Shown here: piece after piece, positions 56,313 through 64,000 of the stretch | Layout of the letters: each line of letters begins with the position of its first letter | Numbering within the stretch: the first letter of the stretch is position 1 | Assembly: GCA_950097015.1 (NCBI GenBank) | Contig: CATNEN010000037.1 | Location: 4,402,001-4,466,000 of the forward strand | DNA: 64,000 nt | Direction: 5' to 3' | From: Macrostomum hystrix | Taxonomy: Eukaryota > Animalia > Platyhelminthes | Position numbers and translations under genes: made by a program | Notes under the pieces: generated by a model | What the model saw: the letters and a program-made list of their open reading frames with translations, nothing else | The model's database searches: none | What the model was told of the DNA's origin: nothing

Positions 56313-59300
56313 TTTCATTGTGCTCCGCTGTGCTCCCGCGATGGAATATATAAATTACCAACCGAGCTGCTAAAACCCTTGCTACTCATTGCTTAATCCA
56401 CAGCGCTCAGCAGCAGCAGCAGCAGCAGCAGTCAGTCAGTCGAGTCATAAATAGTTAATTTAGCCAATGGCGATGCTGTGCTAAGGCTAGCTGTGTACTG
56501 CCACATTGATCATATATGAGCTTCCTCTCGGCTTATCGGGGAAATTTTAAATGAATGAAAAAATTTCTTTGCTCAAATATAGCGGCTTGGTTACTCGGAG
56601 CACAGTGCATGCCTACTTAGCGCACAATATATTGTTGACATGCCGATGAAGACCTTTCAACTCATAGCAGTTAGCAACAGTGCTGGGCTGTGCAAAGATA
56701 GATTGGAACTAAAATGTTCGGTGGTGGAGCGAAAGCTATCTCAAATATCTTTGAGATAGATAGATCTAGTGAGGGGGCAATAGTTATCTTCCCGACCCAT
56801 CCCCATCCCCACTTCTCTCTTTCTGTGTGTCGCGTGATCCCTGCCGTGCGGCGCAGCGAGTGCGTGAGGCCCTGGGCGCCGTCATAGTCGGCCCCTCTTC
56901 AGTTCCGTTGGCTCCCCAACTCTGTCCTATGGGAGCAGGACAGCAGCTGGCTGGCTGGAGGTGGGTGGCGGAGCTGCGGTGGAGGCAGACAATAAGAAAT
57001 GGAACGGCAGGCCAGCCAACCCCCGTCGATGATCCCAACAGTCACTTTGCCAGACTTGCCGTGTTGCAAGTCCCCCCCGCATTAAGCCGGTCAGAATCCC
57101 AGGATCCCGAAGCGTCTTGGCCTATCGTTTAAGCGACCCGCGCCGCCGGAGTCTCCCAGATCAATTCGGCACCATTGCGTCCCTAGCCGCTCTGTTCTTT
57201 CGGTGAGTGAGTCGATGGCGAGCCTAATGGATATCGGGCTAGCTGAGACAGTTGCACTTTTCGGCTGTTCCGCATGTCTGCAAATTGAGATGCAATCCCC
57301 GGCGGCAGTAGTTCGGAAAACACTGGGAACAAAATAAATGGCGCAGTTTTCATTCGACACCGCCACTGACTCAGCCTGGAAATCCCTGACTGGGCTGCTG
57401 CACGATTTGGGAACAGCGGGGGACTGTGGGCGAGGGAGAGATCGGTGGCGAGGGGTGGCGGAGGCAAGGCGCAGGTTTTTTTGTGGGGCGACTCGCCATT
57501 GTTGCCCTTGTTTGGAGCTGGTCTCACTGAGCAGCACGCGCTCAGCCCCCTCTCCCCTCGTTTCCAATTCAATCCTCATTGTGATTTTTCGCTCTCTTCA
57601 CCAAAGCCATCTCTTAGGTTTTTCGTCCGCCTTATCCTCGTCTATAGTTGCCGGTACTGGCTGGGTGGAACTCTAGCAGGATTTTAACGCTTCATATCCA
57701 GCGCGAATGTCTGGGCGTGGTACGGCCGCTGCTGCATCAGAGCCAGCTAGATGTGGCTGAGAACTGCACGGGAAAGGCTGGGACATGGCGGCGGAGCGAG
57801 CGTATGATATTATTGAGTCAGTGGGAAACAAGCGGTGCATTTGGGGATGCTGGAGGAAGGGTATAGAATCCATTTCGGCCTGTGGCTATAGAGTCTATAT
57901 TCTCCCCTTGCCGCCCTGCTCCAGCGGTGTTGACATTCGTTAAGGAGAGAAAGACAAGGGACAGACAAGAGTGATGCATGCGGCGCCAAACCAGTGCATG
58001 CTATGCATGATACAGCTTTCCTCTAATGGCAGTGTCTTGCACTCGCTTATGGCTAAGGCCAAATATGCCTGTTTATCGTGATCGAGGCGACGATCGCAAA
58101 AGGCTGAGAAACTGTCCTCCGAGCTCGTGCATTATGCATTTGTTGTTTGGGTCTGGCGAGCTGACCAACGGACTTAAATTGGTTAAAGGAGCCAGTCTGT
58201 TACACGTACTTTGCCTTTACATCCCTGCTCCACCCACTATAGCCCATTCTCAGAGTCTTTGTGAGACTTTTTGACAAGCAGAAAATAAGAAAATTAGACA
58301 GTCGTGTCCAAAAAGGAAAAATGCGCTTTACCCAAATCTACCACAGCTTACACACCACAGTGCAGACGTTACATTTGAGCATGTTTATTATATTCTCATA
58401 CAAATCAAAAGTAGGCACACAGCGCGGATCACTATTCCTTTCGTCTCTCGATATCTACCCCCGAATGTACATTCAACAGTCGTCCATGTTTATGACTAGT
58501 TGTTGCTGCTAGCTAACGAAACTTTCAGACATCCCGTATGCAGAATAATAATTTGATAAGATCATTAGTGGCTGCGTTTTCTGATCATCTGACACCTGAG
58601 TGACGAGTCAAGATAGGTAGGGGCTGGATGTTGAAATTTAAACAAAGATTTAATGGAATTGCCAGTCGCACTACGCGTGACACTCTTGGCCCTAGGTCGC
58701 TCGCGCACTCAATCCATTAAATTGAGCCGTCCCTGAGGCCCGCGCTCTTCCAGACTGGCGCTGCAATGCAACTGAATGCCATTATGCGGCCAGAACTAGT
58801 GCAGCAGGCCTATAGAATTGGCGCGAGGACAGATACGAAAAAATACAACAGAAAAAGCAGACGCCCCACTTGTCCCACTAACCTGCCCCGCCCTCCTCAC
58901 TCTGGCTCCTCCTCTCCTCTTGGCAACCGAGCTAACCTGGATGCGAAAAAAGTTGCGAGCAATTTTATATGAATATAACTATATCCGTGAATGTGCACGC
59001 CTCAGAGCAGCCTCAAACTGACAGCAGACTTCTCTGAGAGCCGTAGAGAATGCTGTATAGGCCCCAGCTGCATTGCGTTTTTCAGGCTGCTGATGGGGGT
59101 CGAAATACCCCGCGAGACTCTGGGACTCTGCTGGGGGGAGGGGAAGCCAGTTGAAAAAAATTGTGAGAAAGCAGAGAAGCAGCTTTACCAAATACCCGGG
59201 AAAAGCGTCCCCAGGATGAGGAGGACAGAAAGGAGATGGGAAAAGTTTCCCTTTGCCAGTGACTTTTTCCCTCACCTCTCTGTCTTTCATCCCTGTCACC

Positions 59301-59334
59301 CACTAAAACCGAACTATGAAAAAGGAGTTACTGG

Positions 59335-59338
<4 letters not shown>

Positions 59339-59382
<44 letters not shown>
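59339..59382. repeat. (CAG)n microsatellite
   Basis: About 14 uninterrupted CAG units. Confidence 0.9.
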
Positions 59383-59384
<2 letters not shown>

Positions 59385-60054
59385 AGTGTTAAGCGTAGAG
59401 GAAGCGAGGCTGCCATCTCTCGCTATCTGCATGGCAGCCAGAATTTTCGCTTTCAAACACACACACACACACGCCCTGAGAGCAGACACTCGCGCACTCG
59501 TCAACGAGCTTACCACGCCAGAAACTCTTCCCCAACCACAACCTCCCTCTACCACTCACTACCTTTCATTCCCGTGTCACGTCAGTGCTGGCGGTGCTGG
59601 TCGACCCACTCGGATACTGCAGTTTTTACAGGCATTTATTTTGGCCATTCGCGTCAGAGCTTAGCTCAATGAAATTCCGGCGTGGTTGCTGACAAAAACT
59701 GCGACTTAATGGGCCGCTTGGTTTCGCCCAGGCGAGCCCGCCATCGATTCAAACCATGTCGTACAAAGGACGGACGGTGAAGGGGGTTGGGGTTGAATCC
59801 GAGGTTTGCGCCAGAGAAAACGGAAAAGATCAAAGCCGGGATTTGAACCCACCACCCGATATACAAGCACACACAAATTTATGATTAAAGACATTTTGTG
59901 CTTTAGAATCCAATATTGTCTAGTTTGAGCTCGCTCATCTCTTATCTGCGGATGCTACTCAAAGGCCAGGCAGGTACATGAGACGACAATTCTTAGCGTT
60001 TGAAAGCGACCGATTAGTTGGACAATTTTAATCCTAATAAAAAATACCCCACGC

Positions 60055-60735
60055 CCATTCAATATCAATCGAATCCCATTCAATATCAATCGAATCCCAT
60101 TCAGAATCAATCGAATCCCATTCAATATCAATCGAATCCCATTCCATATCAATCGAATCCCATTCAATATCAATCGAATCCCATTCAATATCAATCGAAT
60201 CCCATTCAATATCAATCGAATCCCATTCAATATCAATCGAATCCCATTCAATATCAATCGAATCCCATTCAATATCAATCGAATCCCATTCAGAATCAAT
60301 CGAATCCCATTCAATATCAATCGAATCCCATTCCATATCAATCGAATCCCATTCAATATCAATCGAATCCCATTCAAGATCAATCGAATCCCATTCAAGA
60401 TCAATCGAATCCCATTCAAGATCAATCGAATCCCATTCAAGATCAATCGAATCCCATTCAATATCAATCGAATCCCATTCAATATAAATCGAATCCCATT
60501 CAAGATCAATCGAATCCCATTCAATATAAATCGAATCCCATTCAAGATCAATCGAATCCCATTCAATATCAATCGAATCCCATTCAAGATCAATCGAATC
60601 CCATTCAAGATCAATCGAATCCCATTCAAGATCAATCGAATCCCATTCAAGATCAATCGAATCCCATTCAAGATCAATCGAATCCCATTCAAGATCAATC
60701 GAATCCCATTCAAGATCAATCGAATCCCATTCAGC
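60055..60735. repeat. 21-bp minisatellite (CAATATCAATCGAATCCCATT)
   Basis: Tandem repeats ending ~50 nt before the AG at 60787-60788. Confidence 0.97.
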
Positions 60736-60795
60736 ACCATTTGAATCAAATTCAGATTTCCATACAAGAATCCTATTTTGGTTCTAAGGCAAAGG

Positions 60796-61319
60796 ATGCC
60801 AGCCACGGGAGGACAGCCGTCAGCTGCTTCAGCGGCTTCGGCAGCGACCGTGGCGTCTGCAACGGCACCCTCCGGCTCTGCGGACAGTCCGCCAGCCGCC
60901 GCCGCCGCCGCCACCGCCGCCCCTGCAGCCAGCGGAGGTGGCCCAATCACTAGCAGCTCCTCGGTGGACCATCAGCAGGCGGCCTCGCGACTGAAGCTGG
61001 AGTGCCAGCGTCAGGCCGACCGTCTGCGCGACGTTCAGGCGTCCAACGAGGACCTGCGGCAGCTGGTCGAGGCTCAGCGGACTGAGATCTCGGTCCTGCG
61101 CCTAGAGATCGCCCGCCTGAGGTCCGCGCTGGATCTGGCAGTCGGCAGCGACGTGGCCGAAGCCCTGCACGGCGGCCACGGCGGGCCGAGGGCGCCGGCG
61201 GCCAAGGCCGGGCCTGGGACAAACCCGCGGGAGCGACTCAAGCGCCAGGGTGTGTCGGGCGAGTCGCTCGACTCCCAGCTTGGCGGCATCGAGCTGACTC
61301 AGCACGAGAAGGACGACAA
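60796..61319 (+). CDS. PRKG: cGMP-dependent protein kinase, first coding exon (partial gene)
   Basis: Heptad leucine zipper (LRDVQASNEDLRQLVEAQRTEISVLRLEIARLRSAL), autoinhibitory RLKRQGVSGES (PKG pattern K/R-x-GVSAE), ..HEKDD then an AA|gtgagt donor. Next exon not found in the window. Confidence 0.75.
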
Positions 61320-61822
61320 GTGAGTTGGCAGTTTGACTTGGCAACGGACCAGCGCCTTGTTGCTACGCTGTCTGAGCAAGGAGACGGCCAGATTCTTGAG
61401 TCTTGAGTCCCCAGAGAGAGAGAGAGAGTGAGTAGGGATCATTCCACTCGACGCAAAGTCCTCTCACCCAAGTTCTCTTCCCACATTTTTACCATGAAAG
61501 GATCTATTTTTTCTCTCGGGCCTTCTTCGATCCCATATCACATTTTTGACGTCTTTGGGGTGGGGATTTCATCTCTGCCTAATCCCCTAACTCACGAATA
61601 CTATGGGCCACTCACAGGATTTTTTGCTATTCGCCAGCTCACATTTCAGCTTCCAATCTGAGATGAAATTTCTGTGATGGAACTAAAATAGGATTTATCA
61701 GTTATCTTCGCCGAAGAGACTTCTTGGGCCTTGAGTCTGTTGACCTTTGCCTTCTTTTCTACTCGTATTAATCACAGATGCGTGATTTCCTGTTTGTTGT
61801 TGCCAGACTAGTGATTCTGTTA

Positions 61823-62920
61823 ATTTTACCAGAACCGGAATATCAATCAGCTGATTTTACCAGAACCGGAATATCAATCAACTGATTTTACCAGAACCGG
61901 AATATCAATCAGCTGATTTTACCAGAACCGGAATATCAATCAGCTGATTTTACCAGAACCGGAATATCAATCAGCTGATATTACCAGAACCAGAATATCA
62001 ATCAGCTGATATTACCAGAACCAGAATATCAATCAGCTGATTTTACCAGAACCAGAATATCAATCAGCAGATTTTACCAGAACCGGAATATCAATCAGCT
62101 GATTTTACCAGAACCGGAATATCAATCAGCTGATTTTACCAGAACCAGAATATCAATCAGCTGATATTACCAGAACCGGAATATCAATCAGCTGATTTTA
62201 CCAGAACCAGAATATCAATCAGCTGATTTTACCAGAACCGGAATATTAATCAGCTGATTTTACCAGAACCAGAATATCAATCAGCTGATTTTACCAGAAC
62301 CAGAATATCAATCAGCTGATTTTACCAGAACCGGAATATCAATCAGCTGATATTACCAGAACCAGAATATCAATCAGCTGATTTTACCAGAACCGGAATA
62401 TCAATCAGCTGATATTACCAGAACCAGAATATCAATCAGCTGATTTTACCAGAACCAGAATATCAATCAGCTGATTTTACCAGAACCAGAATATCAATCA
62501 GCAGATTTTACCAGAACCAGAATATCAATCAGCTGATTTTACCAGAACCGGAATATCAATCAGCTGATATTACCAGAACCAGAATATCAATCAGCTGATT
62601 TTACCAGAACCGGAATATTAATCAGCTGATTTTACCAGAACCAGAATATCAATCAGCTGATTTTACCAGAACCAGAATATCAATCAGCAGATTTTACCAG
62701 AACCAGAATATCAATCAGCTGATTTTACCAGAACCAGAATATCAATCAGCAGATTTTACCAGAACCGGAATATCAATCAACTGATTTTACCAGAACCGGA
62801 ATATCAATCAGCTGATTTTACCAGAACCGGAATATCAATCAACTGATTTTACCAGAACCGGAATATCAATCAACTGATATTGCCAGCTGAACTTAACATC
62901 AATCAGCTGATTTTACCAGA
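61823..62920. repeat. 31-bp minisatellite (TTTTACCAGAACCGGAATATCAATCAGCTGA)
   Basis: Tandem repeats in the PKG intron. Confidence 0.97.
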
Positions 62921-63771
62921 ACTTCAAAAGCCTCCAAAGCCTTAACATATCAGATGATCCCATGCGTGTGACAACTGAAAACTGACATTATTTTATTCTG
63001 CCGAGAAGCCGGAAGCGAAAGCACATGCCAACCGTGACACGGGGCTGGGGGGGCTGGCGACTCTGCAAGCAGGAAGTTAGACACAATGGGACAAGCGAGG
63101 AAAGTGGTATAAAGGAAAGATATTTCTCATGCCGCAGGGGTCAACTAGAACTAAAAATTGATATTCTTGGCATCCCTAAGTTAATTAAATGCGGCACTAC
63201 TGACCCTGGGCCGGCCCAGAATCACAAATTCCACTGTTTACTGCTGCATCATCTTTCACTCTGAGAGCCCCAGCATCCACCCCACCCCCACCCCACCCCA
63301 CACTCCGAGCAGCCATTTTTGGCGCTCAACGTCCAGCTGGTTAAGTGAGCAACGCTTTCTCAGATCCTGCCAGCTGTGAGCGGCCTTCTCACTCCCCTTT
63401 CCATTTATGCTCTTCCCGCCCCCCACCGCAGCTCTCCCGCCAAGAGATCTGGATTTTGGCTAAGGTGGAAGAAAAAAGCGGAAACTCACATGATTTGGAC
63501 ACTCTCGCTGCACTACGGCCCGATTTCATATTCTTGACTAATTCAATCTGGCTGCTCTGTGACAATTAAAAATCGATTTTTTTATCGTTGTTCCGATTTA
63601 TCTTTTGATGCCAATTTAGCACCGTAGGCACCTAGGCAACTCTTTCTGTTATTTTCTACCCTCTGCCAAGTTTACCCGACCGAAAATATTCTCTTACTCT
63701 AAATTTCAGCTGTCTGCCAATTCCAAAGCCTGCCTCAATCTTCTCAATCTGCCTTTTGCTTTTACTCTCCC

Positions 63772-64000
63772 CTCGGCCCTTCTCTCCCCTCCACCCTTCT
63801 CTCCCCTCCACCCTTCTCTCCCCTCGGCCCTTCTCTCCCCTCGACCCTTCTCTCCCCTCTAACCTTCTCTCCCCTCGACCCTTCTCTCCCCTCAACCCTT
63901 CTCTCCCCTCAACCATTCTCTCCCCTCCACCCTTCTCTCCCCTCCACCCTTCTCTCCCCTCGGCCCTTCTCTCCCCTCGACCCTTCTCTCCCCTCTAACC
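63772..64000. repeat. 17-bp pyrimidine minisatellite (CCCTTCTCTCCCCTCCA)
   Basis: Tandem repeats; runs off the window end. Confidence 0.94.

Noticed and set aside
56784-57873. Several GC-rich ORFs of 66-162 aa
   Set aside because: No motifs or splice-consistent gene model; treated as probable regulatory sequence.
59316-59672. Poly-Q ORF as a PKG coding exon
   Set aside because: No recognisable domain and no convincing in-phase donor; likely UTR or promoter sequence with a CAG microsatellite.
59955-60953. 311-aa and 331-aa ORFs on both strands
   Set aside because: Translations of a stop-free 21-bp minisatellite; not in frame with PKG.

Overview
Eukaryotic animal DNA with GC-rich exons and AT-rich introns full of minisatellites. 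The style suggests the free-living flatworm Macrostomum, but this is inference only. Left part: a minus-strand DUSP8/16-type MAP-kinase phosphatase with at least three candidate alternative N-termini; an antisense, 5'-truncated RT-RNase H non-LTR retrotransposon sits inside an intronic minisatellite. A 3.5-kb non-autonomous Helitron separates it from a divergent run of eight same-strand genes: DCAF6, two COX7A-family paralogs, ZRANB2, LMBR1, PSMD3, a LOTUS/degenerate-Tudor protein and an MPPE1-like metallophosphoesterase. Each has a 3' splice acceptor just upstream of its ATG, suggesting an SL-trans-spliced operon. The window ends with the first coding exon of a cGMP-dependent protein kinase. 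Also present: about 20 unrelated minisatellite arrays, three TIR MITEs and two tRNA-derived SINE families. Exon boundaries were deduced by eye from GT/AG sites, reading-frame continuity and recalled family motifs; no database searches were run.
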